A stretch of DNA of 64,000 bases from positions 864,001 through 928,000 of the forward strand of contig OY759746.1 of NCBI GenBank assembly GCA_963662795.1, read 5' to 3'. Each line of letters starts with the position of its first letter. The first letter of the stretch is position 1. A program made the position numbers and the translations under genes. The notes under the pieces are model-generated. The model was not told the origin of the DNA. It was given only the letters and a program-made list of their open reading frames with translations, and did not search any database. Positions 20,054-30,626 of this stretch are shown here, piece after piece. This stretch comes from Spirochaetia bacterium (GTDB taxonomy: Bacteria > Spirochaetota > Spirochaetia > CADAEX01).

Positions 20054-23000
20054 ATGATCCGCACAATTATAGAGTACTTCGCAAAAAGACATCTCCTGGC
20101 AAATTTCATAGCAGCAGGTATAATAATTACAGCAATTTTTGCATGGCAGAAAACCGGCAAGGAATCCATGCCTGATGTTACCTTTGATATAGTAAGGATC
20201 AACACAACCTATAAAAACACTTCCCCTGCCGATGTTGAATATTTTATAACAAAACCTATTGAAGATTCACTTAACGGCATTAACGGGATATCGACAGTTT
20301 CAAGCACATCAGGCTCTTCCTCAAGCTCGATAACTGTAGAACTTGAGGATAATCCATCCGAGAGAGACAATATAATAAATGAGATAAGAAGCAGCGTCCT
20401 TGAGGAAGATTTTCCGGACGACGCGGGAACACCGCGGATACGGGAGATAAAGACATCAGAGAGGTCTGTACTCGATATCGCGCTTATAGACCTGGATCAG
20501 AAAATACTGACTGCCGAGGGGAGAAAAAGGCTGCAGGATTATGCTGAAACACTGAAAAAGAGAATTGAAAGACTCAGCACAGTAAGGGAAGTATCAGTTT
20601 CAGGCTCTCTTGATAATGAAATCGTTATCCGTCTTGATCCGGATAAACTCTTGTACTACAACATGGCAGTTACAGATGTAATAGATATACTCTCCGCAAA
20701 CAGTTTCAGACTGCCGGCAGGAGTAATAAAGGATAAGGATGAAATCAAGGTTTCAATCGTTTCAGAACTCGACACGCCGGATAAAATAAGGAAATTGATT
20801 GTCCGCGGCACATTTGACGGCGCTACAGTCAGAATATCTGATCTCGGCACGGTTGATGAAACCTTTGAGGAATATGTAACAATAACAAAATACAACAGCC
20901 ACGAAGGGGTAAGACTGAATATTGTTAAAAAATCATCTGCAGGGATTATAGAAGCAAATGACATGATAATGGCAGAAGTCAACAGATTCAAAAACAATGT
21001 TCTTAAAGAGGCAGGCATAGATACCGTACTCATGGATGATGAATCAACCGCTGTAAGGGAAAGGCTATCTCTTATTTCCATAAACGGTTTAATCGGCTTT
21101 GTATTCGTAATTCTGACACTTTTTATATTTCTTGACTTTACAAGCGGATTCTGGGTAGCGGCCGGTATTCCGTTCAGTATGTGTTTCACCGTTATTTTTG
21201 TCTACCTCTCAGGCTACACCATCAACAACATGACAATGGCCGCGGTTATTCTTGTTATGGGTATGGTTGTGGATGACGCAATAATTGTCGCAGAAAATGT
21301 GGGAAGGCTGAGGCATAACGGAACAGACAGGCGGACAGCAGTCATAGACGGCACAGTCTATGTCCTTAAACCGGTAATAGCCAGTATTATTACAACATGC
21401 GTAGCCTTTACTCCGCTTTACTTCTTCGGAGGAAGGTTCGGCAAATTCGTTTCATTTATTCCGCTTCTTATTTTTCTTATGCTCTGTGGAAGCCTCCTTG
21501 AAGCATTATTAATTCTTCCATCCCACCTATCCATTGCACTGCCTGATTTCTTTAAAAGAAAAAAGAAAAAACTCAACGGGAAAGGACACTGGTTTGAAAT
21601 AGTTGAAGACAAATACGGAAAAATTCTGGAAAAACTGCTTGGAATCAAGACAATCCTTTATATTCTGCTGATCGCGCTTTTATACACCGCATTCAGCATA
21701 GTTTCAAATAAAATGAGTTTTGTGCTGTTCCCCCGCGAAGAAGTAACCAGGGTGGATTTTGAAGGGGCCGCACCGAAAGGAACAGATAAATTCATGACGG
21801 CGGAACTGGCACAGCAGGTAGAGGAAATATTTCAGCCGTACATCGGCCGGGAAGTCATTGCGGTGAGAACTGATATCGCCCGGAGCAGAAGAGGCGCGGC
21901 TGTTGAGGAGAACAGGTTTACAATCGATGTCCAGCTTGTAAGCCGCGACAAAAGGGAGAAATCCTCATCCCAGCTCACTAAAGAGTGGGAGGGAAAATTC
22001 CCGGCAGTAAAAGGCCTTGAAAGCCTTAAGATAAGACGGGGATGGTTCGGCCAGTCAAGCGGAAGCCCTATTGAAATTCTGGTGCAGGAAAACAATGATA
22101 CAACCAGAAACAGGCTTGCAGAAGAACTTTCAGAGGAACTCAGGAAAATACCCGGGATATCATCATCAGAAGTACAGGAGCAGAAACGTTTTTCAGAGTA
22201 TGTCATTGATTATAAAAAGGAAGTAATGCAGCGGTTAAACATAAGTGTTTCAAACGTAACCAGGACTATTAAAGCGATACTTAACAGATACGAAGTATAT
22301 ACGATAGACAGGGATGATGAGACAGAGCTCCCCGTCCAGGTGACAATACCTGACAACAGAAAAAAAACAATAGAACAGGTGTTTTCCGTTCCTGTCAAGA
22401 ATTCAGGCGGATATCTTGTGCCGCTTAAAACTGTCCTTGAATATAAGGAAATAGATTCCCCCGAAACAATATTCAGGGAGGATTTTGCCAGGACCATCAG
22501 GGTTTACGCTGATATCAGGGAAGGTTCCAAAATGACCCCGGCAGAAGCTGGTGTTATAATTGAAAACAGCATATTCCCGGAGTTATATGCAAAATATCCT
22601 TCGTCCAAACTGAAGTTCGGAGGTGAAATAAGAGACACAAGGGAATCGGGAAATGATATATTTTACTCAACAATCGCAGTTATTATAATCATTTATGTCG
22701 TCCTTTCCCTGCTGTTCAACTCCATGGTCAAGCCTTTAATCATAATGCTTTCAATCCCGTTCGGGGCGGCAGGCGTTGTTTTTGCCCTGTATTTTCACGG
22801 GATTACAGTATACGGTTTTTTCTCGGCTATCGGACTCATAGGGCTTTCAGGGGTCGTAGTCAATGATGCAATTGTAATGCTTGATAAACTTGAAAAGGAA
22901 TACTCAAGAACTGAAGGGCCTTCTGTCAAGGCAAAGGTAGCGTCAATTGCCAAAACAAGACTTCGGGCAGTTTTCCTCACAACAATAACAACAGTAGCGG

Positions 23001-23179
23001 GGCTGATTCCCACAGCGTATGGATTTGCGGGTTATGATTCCATGCTGTCTGACATGATGCTTGTTATGGCATGGGGGCTGATCTTCGGGACAATTATCAC
23101 GCTTCTGCTTATCCCGATGCTTTACTGTTCGCTTATGTCACTGAAATATTTCCGGAGGAAAGATGAAGCAGGCATATAG
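20054..23179 (+). CDS. RND efflux transporter permease, AcrB/AcrD/AcrF family
   Basis: 1041 aa, GMVVDDAIIVAEN, GVVVNDAIV, RLRAVFLTTITT. Confidence 0.93.
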   Translation: MIRTIIEYFAKRHLLANFIAAGIIITAIFAWQKTGKESMPDVTFDIVRINTTYKNTSPADVEYFITKPIEDSLNGINGISTVSSTSGSSSSSITVELEDNPSERDNIINEIRSSVLEEDFPDDAGTPRIREIKTSERSVLDIALIDLDQKILTAEGRKRLQDYAETLKKRIERLSTVREVSVSGSLDNEIVIRLDPDKLLYYNMAVTDVIDILSANSFRLPAGVIKDKDEIKVSIVSELDTPDKIRKLIVRGTFDGATVRISDLGTVDETFEEYVTITKYNSHEGVRLNIVKKSSAGIIEANDMIMAEVNRFKNNVLKEAGIDTVLMDDESTAVRERLSLISINGLIGFVFVILTLFIFLDFTSGFWVAAGIPFSMCFTVIFVYLSGYTINNMTMAAVILVMGMVVDDAIIVAENVGRLRHNGTDRRTAVIDGTVYVLKPVIASIITTCVAFTPLYFFGGRFGKFVSFIPLLIFLMLCGSLLEALLILPSHLSIALPDFFKRKKKKLNGKGHWFEIVEDKYGKILEKLLGIKTILYILLIALLYTAFSIVSNKMSFVLFPREEVTRVDFEGAAPKGTDKFMTAELAQQVEEIFQPYIGREVIAVRTDIARSRRGAAVEENRFTIDVQLVSRDKREKSSSQLTKEWEGKFPAVKGLESLKIRRGWFGQSSGSPIEILVQENNDTTRNRLAEELSEELRKIPGISSSEVQEQKRFSEYVIDYKKEVMQRLNISVSNVTRTIKAILNRYEVYTIDRDDETELPVQVTIPDNRKKTIEQVFSVPVKNSGGYLVPLKTVLEYKEIDSPETIFREDFARTIRVYADIREGSKMTPAEAGVIIENSIFPELYAKYPSSKLKFGGEIRDTRESGNDIFYSTIAVIIIIYVVLSLLFNSMVKPLIIMLSIPFGAAGVVFALYFHGITVYGFFSAIGLIGLSGVVVNDAIVMLDKLEKEYSRTEGPSVKAKVASIAKTRLRAVFLTTITTVAGLIPTAYGFAGYDSMLSDMMLVMAWGLIFGTIITLLLIPMLYCSLMSLKYFRRKDEAGI

Positions 23180-24572
23180 AAAAACATTTTTTCCCGCAGC
23201 TTCCACTGTCTATTTTCTTTTACTTGCTGCAGCTCAGTCATGCTTTGCGCTGGAGGAACAGGTCCTTGATACGGAATTGTTTGTTGAAAAATCCTGCGCG
23301 GCAAATCCTGTATTCAGCAGGATACTTACTGATTCACTTTATCTTAAGTATAAAGAGGCACTGGAAATGCCGCTTGATAATTACACACTTGATTTTGAAT
23401 TCTCCTATGATTACAAGCCGGATACTGACAACGGGGGAACCGGATCAAAAATAAGCCTGTCCCGGCTTTTCCCCGCAACCGGAACAGAGGGAAGCATCAA
23501 TTACCAGTATACCCCCGGAATGGCTGATCCATCCTCATCAGTCTCCTTTGAAATTTCCCAGGATATTGCGGAAAACGCTTTCGGGAAAGCATACAGTCTG
23601 GAAGGAATAGGAATAGACTCACAAAAAAAAATAGCACAATACCAGATTGCCGAAGCATATGAAGAATACCTGTCAGTTCTGATACAGGAGTATTACAGGT
23701 GGGTATCTGTATCTGAAAATCTGAAAACCGCTGAAAACGGTTATAAAGAAGGACTGAAGCTGCTTGAAAATACAGAGAAAAGGCGGGCAAGTATGATCGC
23801 AAGCAGCCTTGATGTCAGCCAGATGAAGCTCACAGTTCTCGATAAAAAAGAAAATCTGCTTAAAATAAGATCCGAGTATGATAAAACAGTAAGAAAAATA
23901 AAAGATTTCATGAAAGATAAATCTGAAACAGTCATAAAGCCCGGCTCCAGGTCCATTAATCTCAAACTTGATGATGATTTCGATACTGCCTTTGAAAAAA
24001 TAAAAACCGGCGCAAGAACTTTTTTTATCCTTGACGAGCTTGAGAAATCAGGTCTCAATTCAATTGAAATAAAGAAAAGAGCCCTTATGCCGTCTGCAGA
24101 ACTTTTTTCAGCCTACAGGTATGGGGGGACCGGATACCTTCCTGAAGCCGATCCGGTAAGGTCCCTTTCTTTCGGTGTCAGGATCAGTACAGGATTTCCC
24201 GATAAAAAGCAGAAAGCAGCTCTTGAAACAGCATCAATTGATTACAGCAAAACCCTTTTGAGCAGAGAAATAAGCACAGACAGCCTCCGTCTCGCGCTTT
24301 ACGAACTTTATCAGCAGATTAAGGATACTGATGTCCTATCCGAACTGTATAATGAGAAGCTCTCTGCAGCGGAAATGATTCTGAAAGATGAAGAGCAGAA
24401 CTTTAAAATCGGTAAAAGCACTCTGAAGGATTATACAGATGCAATCAATAGACTGGATTCAATCAGATACGGCATTCAGTCGCTCAAAGCGCAAAAAAAT
24501 ATTTATAATATTGAATGGATGAGGCTTTCAGATACTCTTGCAGAGGGTAAACTTCCTGATTTGATAAATTAA
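23163..24572 (+). CDS. TolC-family outer-membrane efflux protein
   Basis: Signal peptide, helical OEP-like repeats (EEQNFKIGKSTLKD). Overlaps the RND gene end. Confidence 0.78.
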   Translation: MKQAYRKTFFPAASTVYFLLLAAAQSCFALEEQVLDTELFVEKSCAANPVFSRILTDSLYLKYKEALEMPLDNYTLDFEFSYDYKPDTDNGGTGSKISLSRLFPATGTEGSINYQYTPGMADPSSSVSFEISQDIAENAFGKAYSLEGIGIDSQKKIAQYQIAEAYEEYLSVLIQEYYRWVSVSENLKTAENGYKEGLKLLENTEKRRASMIASSLDVSQMKLTVLDKKENLLKIRSEYDKTVRKIKDFMKDKSETVIKPGSRSINLKLDDDFDTAFEKIKTGARTFFILDELEKSGLNSIEIKKRALMPSAELFSAYRYGGTGYLPEADPVRSLSFGVRISTGFPDKKQKAALETASIDYSKTLLSREISTDSLRLALYELYQQIKDTDVLSELYNEKLSAAEMILKDEEQNFKIGKSTLKDYTDAINRLDSIRYGIQSLKAQKNIYNIEWMRLSDTLAEGKLPDLIN

Positions 24573-24626
24573 TATAATCAAACTATAATTATAATTATGA
24601 TTTATTCCTTCCTGACAGACAGGGGA
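24549..24626 (+). repeat. Direct repeat A, copy 1 (78 bp), left boundary of island 1
   Basis: Matches 38310-38387 except TAA vs TAG. Contains the end of the TolC gene, a promoter and the first codons of the PP2C gene (MIYSFLTDRG). Confidence 0.95.
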
Positions 24627-24682
24627 TAGCCCGTATATGCTGCAGCAGTCTTAAATACAGTCGAAAATTATAATGCAATAAA

Positions 24683-25456
24683 TCAGCTATACAGACTGGA
24701 GCCGGAATATCCCATTTCTTTTGAAATATTTAATGCAGTATCCACCACACAATCAGCCATTTCTTTATATTTTTTATCTGTCAGTGTATATTTTATTGTA
24801 ACAAGACTGATTGCAGCTATAGGGTTGGAAAGATGATCATACACAGGTGCTGCCAAACAATAAATCCCTTCTTCGTTCTCTTCATTATCAATAGAAAACC
24901 CTCGTTCTCTAATTAATTGCAGCTCTTTTTTAAAATCTGTCTTTTTTGTTATTGTGTGAGGTGTTCTGGCGAAAAGGCCATGTGATTTAATTATTGCATC
25001 ACTTATTTTTGTTTTATAAGAAGCTAACAAAGCTTTTCCCAATCCTGTGCAATACATTGGGGCTTGCATCCCTATTCCGAATACAGGCTGTAAAGTCGCC
25101 CCTGTATGTACACTTTTATCCAAATAAATAATGTTACCATTGTTCTCAACTGCTAAAAATCCAATACTGTTAGTAACTTTTGAAGCATTATCAAGATGCT
25201 GATGTGCAATTTTTCTCAAATTTATACTATCCAGACATTTTGTCCCGATAACAAGCAATTTGATCCCGAGTGAATATAGTTTATTATCATCATCAGATAC
25301 ATTCAGAATACCCAATTCTGTTAAAGTCTGCAGAATTTCAAAAGTTGTTGTTTTTGGAACATCAATAATTACTTTTATTTCGGAAAGGGGTAAAGACCTT
25401 CCTTCTTTTGCAATTAATTCGATAACTTTAAAGGCTCTATTTATTGATTTATTCAT
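24683..25456 (-). CDS. IclR family transcriptional regulator (island 1)
   Basis: HTH PKTTTFEILQTL, YSLG, PMYCTGLGKALLA, RGFSIDNEENEEGIYCLAAP. Confidence 0.93.
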   Translation of the reverse strand: MNKSINRAFKVIELIAKEGRSLPLSEIKVIIDVPKTTTFEILQTLTELGILNVSDDDNKLYSLGIKLLVIGTKCLDSINLRKIAHQHLDNASKVTNSIGFLAVENNGNIIYLDKSVHTGATLQPVFGIGMQAPMYCTGLGKALLASYKTKISDAIIKSHGLFARTPHTITKKTDFKKELQLIRERGFSIDNEENEEGIYCLAAPVYDHLSNPIAAISLVTIKYTLTDKKYKEMADCVVDTALNISKEMGYSGSSLYS

Positions 25457-25824
25457 CTTCTCTTTTCCCCTAAATAACTTATCTTGTAAATAGATATATT
25501 AGAACAACTTCATCATAGATATCTTTTTTAACCATCATAGTATACACCAAACAGGATGTATTTGTGATAGTCTCTTAACGTTTTTTGACAATTTAATTTA
25601 AAACAATCTGCACAACAGCAACAGCTTTTTTTAAGAGATGACCACACTAACGCCGTTTTGGTATGAATATTATAAAATGGTTACCCCCATTAAGGAAATA
25701 GTCCCGACTATATCGGTGTACATATATTATATACCCTGCCTTGCAATCGGCACAGAGAAAAAATCACATATCAAAAGAGGCTGGTTGAATTTCGCGATCA
25801 TCCTATTTTCATTGATTTTAAAAA

Positions 25825-27363
25825 TCAATAGTCGCCGTTATAACTCGTGCCATGAGGAGTCGTCCAACTGTAATCCTTTAATATTTCCGCCTTGGTGAGC
25901 TTGCCGTTTGCAACATCAATTAAAAGTCTATACAGTTCCATTCCACTTTCCTGTATCGTCTTTTCACCGTATAATACGGGTTTTGCCGAAAAATCGATCA
26001 TATCAGAAAGAACTTCAGCAGTCCGCGGATTCCCCGTGATTTTAATGGTGGTCATGCATGCATTGCCAATCGGATTGCCTCTGCCCGTAGTAAACATGCA
26101 GATATGGCAGTCGCTCATAGCTAACGTTGTCGTCGCATAAGCGTCGTTCGCACCTTGTGCCTGATTAATGCCCCACGCACCGCGTCCGGGTGCTCGTTCC
26201 CCGCATTCAAGAATCCCCTTGATCTTATTGTGTCCAGCTGTCTTAAAGCTGCCAAGGTTTTTCTCTGTCATTGTCGTTAGACCGCCAGCTTTGTTTCCGG
26301 GAGTCGGATTGACCTGCGAGAGGCCCTTCCCTCCGCGGCGCTTGCAGTCCTCGTTAAAAAAATCACCGATTTCCATAAGCCGCATACCAACTTCGTATGA
26401 TCCGGCTTGCGTCGGATAACCGCCGCGGCCAACAACGTGAACAATTGTACCACCTATGGAAGAATGAATATCGATCACTTCACCTACAAGAGGGTTGGCT
26501 GAAAGCCCGCTCGTCCAGTCGGAACCGCCATTGTATCCACTGATTATCAATCCACTCAACGGGCATGGTACACGTTTCTGAGAAGCAGCTTGATTCTTGA
26601 GTTCATTTACAGCTGTAACTCCATCACTGATCCCTTTACCTACGCCTCCGTCGGACTGAAGGCTGATACTGACAACCGGACGACCTGTTTTCTGTATTTC
26701 TTCCACAATATCTTCCGGATTAGTCTGTTGGCAGCCGAGAGAAAGCAGGACAACACCGTAGGTGTTTGGATGAGTCCCGGCAGTTATGAATCCTTTACGT
26801 GTACGTGCAAACCGGTCTGGGAATTCGCCGCACGCTGCATCTACAAAAGTCGCACCTACATCACAGGTATTAGCAATTTGCTGAGCAGCATTATTCGAAC
26901 ATTGTACAAGGGAAATGACGAGCACATTATTTCGTATACCGAACGTACCATCTTTTCGCGAATAGCCCATGATCATTTCAGGAACTTCCAGATCTTTTTT
27001 CTTATAGCGATTCTTGATTATATAATCCATATCTTTGGGCGCCATGGTACGATAATAAGCGCGCTTTTCACGATTAATTTCTTCAAAATCGTCATACACA
27101 TTATGATCATGTACCCAATCTCCCTTTTTGATCGGAGCAGTTGAAACGCCAATATGAACCCCGTATTTAATTATTTCCACGCCCTTAGGGATATCAACAC
27201 GTGCGATTTTGTGGCCTTCTTTGATAAATTCATTAGCGACAATTACTTCGCCGGCGACCATTGAACTCTCACCCTTTTCAATAGGTTCTATTGCAACCGC
27301 AACGTTGTCTTCGACTTCAATCAGCATCGAATTTTTTAAAGTAAACATTTTAAAAATCTCCAT
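25825..27363 (-). CDS. UxaA/GarD family dehydratase (SAF + GD_AH domains)
   Basis: DNVAVA..GHKIA..IIKYG..G..WVHDHN SAF domain, GIRN, HPN..LGC, GGSD..SG..ANP, NPTPGNKAGGLTT..EK.LG, FTTGRG. Confidence 0.9.
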   Translation of the reverse strand: MEIFKMFTLKNSMLIEVEDNVAVAIEPIEKGESSMVAGEVIVANEFIKEGHKIARVDIPKGVEIIKYGVHIGVSTAPIKKGDWVHDHNVYDDFEEINREKRAYYRTMAPKDMDYIIKNRYKKKDLEVPEMIMGYSRKDGTFGIRNNVLVISLVQCSNNAAQQIANTCDVGATFVDAACGEFPDRFARTRKGFITAGTHPNTYGVVLLSLGCQQTNPEDIVEEIQKTGRPVVSISLQSDGGVGKGISDGVTAVNELKNQAASQKRVPCPLSGLIISGYNGGSDWTSGLSANPLVGEVIDIHSSIGGTIVHVVGRGGYPTQAGSYEVGMRLMEIGDFFNEDCKRRGGKGLSQVNPTPGNKAGGLTTMTEKNLGSFKTAGHNKIKGILECGERAPGRGAWGINQAQGANDAYATTTLAMSDCHICMFTTGRGNPIGNACMTTIKITGNPRTAEVLSDMIDFSAKPVLYGEKTIQESGMELYRLLIDVANGKLTKAEILKDYSWTTPHGTSYNGDY

Positions 27364-27372
27364 CAAGTAGTT

Positions 27373-28563
27373 TTATTTCCGATTCGCGAACGCAACAGCA
27401 ATTCGCTCCATCAATTCCTGAATCATTGAACGCGGCGCCGCCAGATTGATACGTTCAAAGCCTTTGCCCTCCGGTCCAAAGATATACCCCTCATCCAGCG
27501 CAACCCTCGCTTGTTCATGCATCAGCTTCTCAAGTTGATGAGGCTCAGATTCGAGATGATTAAAGTCTATCCAAAGCAGATATGTGCCTTCCAGAGGATA
27601 TACAGTCACCACATCTCCCCATGTCTTTTCAACAAAGTGTTTAACAAAAAGATAATTTTCATGAATATATATCATACAGTGTTTTAGCCAGTCTTCTCCA
27701 TGTTGCCAAGCTGCCTTAGCAGCCACTGGCGCAAAATAATTCGGATGTGCTCTGCAATAGCGCTGAAAGACTTCATCATAACGTTCTCGAATTTTCTCAT
27801 CGGGAATCATGATACAGGAAAGGGCAAGCCCCGCTAGATTGAAAGTCTTGGAAGGAGCATGACATACGGCGCAATTCAATGCGAATTCTTCGCTGATCTT
27901 TGCAAAAACGGTGTGCTTGTATCCGTTAAAAATCAGATCGCTGTGAATCTCGTCAGCAATTACAAACAGTCCGTTTTTTGAGCAGATCTCACCCATTTTA
28001 CACAGCTCTTTCTCTGTAAATACCCTGCCTACAGGGTTGTGTGGATTGCTCATGAGAAAAGCCTTGCATCTCGATGAGGAAGCTTTCTTTTCGAAATCTT
28101 CAAAATTTATCTCAGCCCTGCCGCCTTTGAAGACAAGCGAATTGCTGACTACAACTCGTCTCTGCGTCTCGATAGTGGCAGTAAACGGATAATAAACCGG
28201 ACGCTGGATGAGAATTTCATCGCCCTCGTTTGTAACCGACTGGATAAGCATGTTGATTGCGCTGACAACACCAGGGCTGAACCGGAACCATTCCTTCATT
28301 GCATTCCAGCCATTCCGCCGCTTTTGCCAATATAGATACGCATCGATCATATCGTCATTGATATCTGTGTATCCTATCACACCATGCTTCGCAGCTTCTA
28401 CGAGCGCCTCAACCACCACAGGAGGCGTTTTGAAGTCCATATCTGCAATCCAAAATGAAAGAAGATCATCACGTCCAAATCGCTTTTTCAGTATCGAGGG
28501 CTCCCACTTTAATTGTCCTCGGCCTATACGTCTAACCACTGTGTCAAAATTATATTTATCCAT
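27373..28563 (-). CDS. MalY/PatB family PLP-dependent C-S lyase/aminotransferase (island 1)
   Basis: WIADMDF, NPHNPVGR, DEIHSD, APSKTFNLAGL, GTYLLWIDF, FERINLA. Confidence 0.92.
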   Translation of the reverse strand: MDKYNFDTVVRRIGRGQLKWEPSILKKRFGRDDLLSFWIADMDFKTPPVVVEALVEAAKHGVIGYTDINDDMIDAYLYWQKRRNGWNAMKEWFRFSPGVVSAINMLIQSVTNEGDEILIQRPVYYPFTATIETQRRVVVSNSLVFKGGRAEINFEDFEKKASSSRCKAFLMSNPHNPVGRVFTEKELCKMGEICSKNGLFVIADEIHSDLIFNGYKHTVFAKISEEFALNCAVCHAPSKTFNLAGLALSCIMIPDEKIRERYDEVFQRYCRAHPNYFAPVAAKAAWQHGEDWLKHCMIYIHENYLFVKHFVEKTWGDVVTVYPLEGTYLLWIDFNHLESEPHQLEKLMHEQARVALDEGYIFGPEGKGFERINLAAPRSMIQELMERIAVAFANRK

Positions 28564-28667
28564 ATATTAAACTCTTTTCTCCCAACTTCGAAACAAGATT
28601 CAGATACTTTTACTTTACGGCACTCTGCTTCACAGAATTTTCCCACGTCATTTGCAATTAAAACATA

Positions 28668-29630
28668 TTACAGGTTGTTTATTTCCCGTACATAGTGACA
28701 TTTAACAAAATGATTGGGGCTAACTTCCTCAAGTTCCGGTTCTTGATTAAAGCATTCCAGCTTTGCATAAACGCAGCGCGGAGCAAATCTGCAAGATTTT
28801 CCGACGTTAATCGGGGAAGTAATTTCTCCTTTTAAAATAATCTGTTTGTCTGGCGCGTTATACTTCGGAAGCGGAATCGCAGAAATCAACGCCTTTGTAT
28901 AGGGATGGTACTGGTTTTTGAAAATTTCATTTGAGTCCGTCTTCTCGACCATTTGCCCTAGGTACATAACCGTAATATTCTTGGAAATATGCTTTATAAC
29001 GGACAAGTCATGCGTAATAAATAAATAAGTAAGACCGCGTTCCTGTTGCAACTGCATCATCAAGTTCAGGATTTGTGCTTGAATAGAAACATCAAGAGCT
29101 GAAACCGGTTCATCGCAAACAATCAGTTTCGGATCCAGTATCAGTGCACGCGCTATGCCAATACGTTGCCGTCGCCCGCCATCCAGTTCATGAGGATAGA
29201 AATTCATCGTCCTCTCAGTCAAGCCAACGACATCCATTGTTTCCTTCACTTTTTTCTTGTATTCATCATAGCTGCTGGTAAGCTTATATATTTTCAGTGG
29301 CTCACCAATTATATCTGCTACCGTCTTTCTCGGATTAAGTGAGGCGTATGGATCTTGAAAAATAATCTGCATATCCTTGCGCAGTTTTTTAAGTTTTGCT
29401 CTGCTGACATCTGAAATGTTTTCACCGTTGAAGAAAATCTTGCCTTCTGTGCGTTCATGTAGATGCAGTATCACACGACCAAGCGTTGATTTGCCACAGC
29501 CAGATTCACCTACGATTCCAAGCGTCTCACCGGTGTTAACGCTAAAGGTTACATTTTCTACTGCCTGAAGCATACCCTGACGTGTTTCAAAATACTTTTT
29601 CAAATTTTCAACTCTCAGTATTTCAGACAT
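28668..29630 (-). CDS. Oligopeptide/dipeptide ABC ATP-binding subunit (OppF/DppF-like)
   Basis: GESGCGKST, FQDPYASLNPR, ELDGGRRQR, oligo_HPY C-terminus. Start placed at MSEIL, overlapping the upstream stop. Confidence 0.92.
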   Translation of the reverse strand: MSEILRVENLKKYFETRQGMLQAVENVTFSVNTGETLGIVGESGCGKSTLGRVILHLHERTEGKIFFNGENISDVSRAKLKKLRKDMQIIFQDPYASLNPRKTVADIIGEPLKIYKLTSSYDEYKKKVKETMDVVGLTERTMNFYPHELDGGRRQRIGIARALILDPKLIVCDEPVSALDVSIQAQILNLMMQLQQERGLTYLFITHDLSVIKHISKNITVMYLGQMVEKTDSNEIFKNQYHPYTKALISAIPLPKYNAPDKQIILKGEITSPINVGKSCRFAPRCVYAKLECFNQEPELEEVSPNHFVKCHYVREINNL

Positions 29631-30606
29631 CCTGCACCTCCGGATAAGCATCCTTGTTGCAAAGGACCATGTGCCCCGGGGTTACCTCATAAAAACTCAC
29701 TTCGCCCTTTTTACATGCATCGTTCCTGTAAGAACACCTGGGATAAAACTTGCAGCCGTTGGGTAGATGAGCTGGATCAGGCATCATACCCGGGATTACA
29801 TTCAACACCTTCGATTCCTTTTCAATGTCAGGCAGCGAATTGAACAATCCTATGGTATAGGGATGCCTCATATCTGTATAGATATCCTTTAATGATCCCG
29901 ATTCCACAATTTCACCTGCATACACGATGGCTACATTATCACAGATCTTAGCAACGACACCGAGATCGTGCGTTATCATAATCATTGCAGTATCATACTC
30001 CTTTTTCAAGTTTCTCATGAGTTCCAGCACCTGTGCCTGTATTGTTACATCAAGAGCAGTAGTGGGCTCATCAGCGATAAGCAGGCTCGGGCTGCACGCC
30101 AGAGCAATTGCAATAACCACGCGCTGCTTCATACCTCCGGAAAACTGATGCGGATAATCAGAGTGTCTCTCACCCTGAATACCAACCATCTCCAACATTT
30201 CGATTGCCTTCTTCTTTGCTTCAGTTTTTGTAACATCATTGTGAAGAAGAATCACTTCTTCAATCTGATCGCCGATGGTAAGTACAGGGTTTAAGGACGT
30301 CATGGGGTCCTGAAATACCATTGATATTTTGTTACCACGTATATTCTGGAGCTGCTTTTCACTCATTTTTAGAATATTCTGGCCTTCAAACATAATTGAT
30401 CCCCCGACAATCTCCCCCGGCGGATCGGGGACCAATCCCATAATGCCAAGAGCTGTCGTCGTTTTACCAGCACCTGTTTCACCTACCAAACCAATGGTCT
30501 TACCTTTTTCAAGAGAGAAACTAATGCCGTTTACAGCACATATAGTCTCTTCATCCGTCACATAACGTATTTGAATATTTTTAACTTCCAGTAATTTTTC
30601 GCTCAT
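29623..30606 (-). CDS. Oligopeptide/dipeptide ABC ATP-binding subunit (OppD/DppD-like)
   Basis: GETGAGKTT, FSGGMKQR, DEPTTALDVTIQAQ, HPYT. Confidence 0.92.
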   Translation of the reverse strand: MSEKLLEVKNIQIRYVTDEETICAVNGISFSLEKGKTIGLVGETGAGKTTTALGIMGLVPDPPGEIVGGSIMFEGQNILKMSEKQLQNIRGNKISMVFQDPMTSLNPVLTIGDQIEEVILLHNDVTKTEAKKKAIEMLEMVGIQGERHSDYPHQFSGGMKQRVVIAIALACSPSLLIADEPTTALDVTIQAQVLELMRNLKKEYDTAMIMITHDLGVVAKICDNVAIVYAGEIVESGSLKDIYTDMRHPYTIGLFNSLPDIEKESKVLNVIPGMMPDPAHLPNGCKFYPRCSYRNDACKKGEVSFYEVTPGHMVLCNKDAYPEVQDV

Positions 30607-30626
30607 TCTAAACACCTACTCTGCAA

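Noticed and set aside
17379-27363. Sulfonate catabolism link (UxaA-family SuyAB sulfolactate lyase + TauE exporter)
   Set aside because: TauE lies outside the island, several genes away, and the UxaA protein cannot be assigned to SuyAB by eye. There is no direct evidence.
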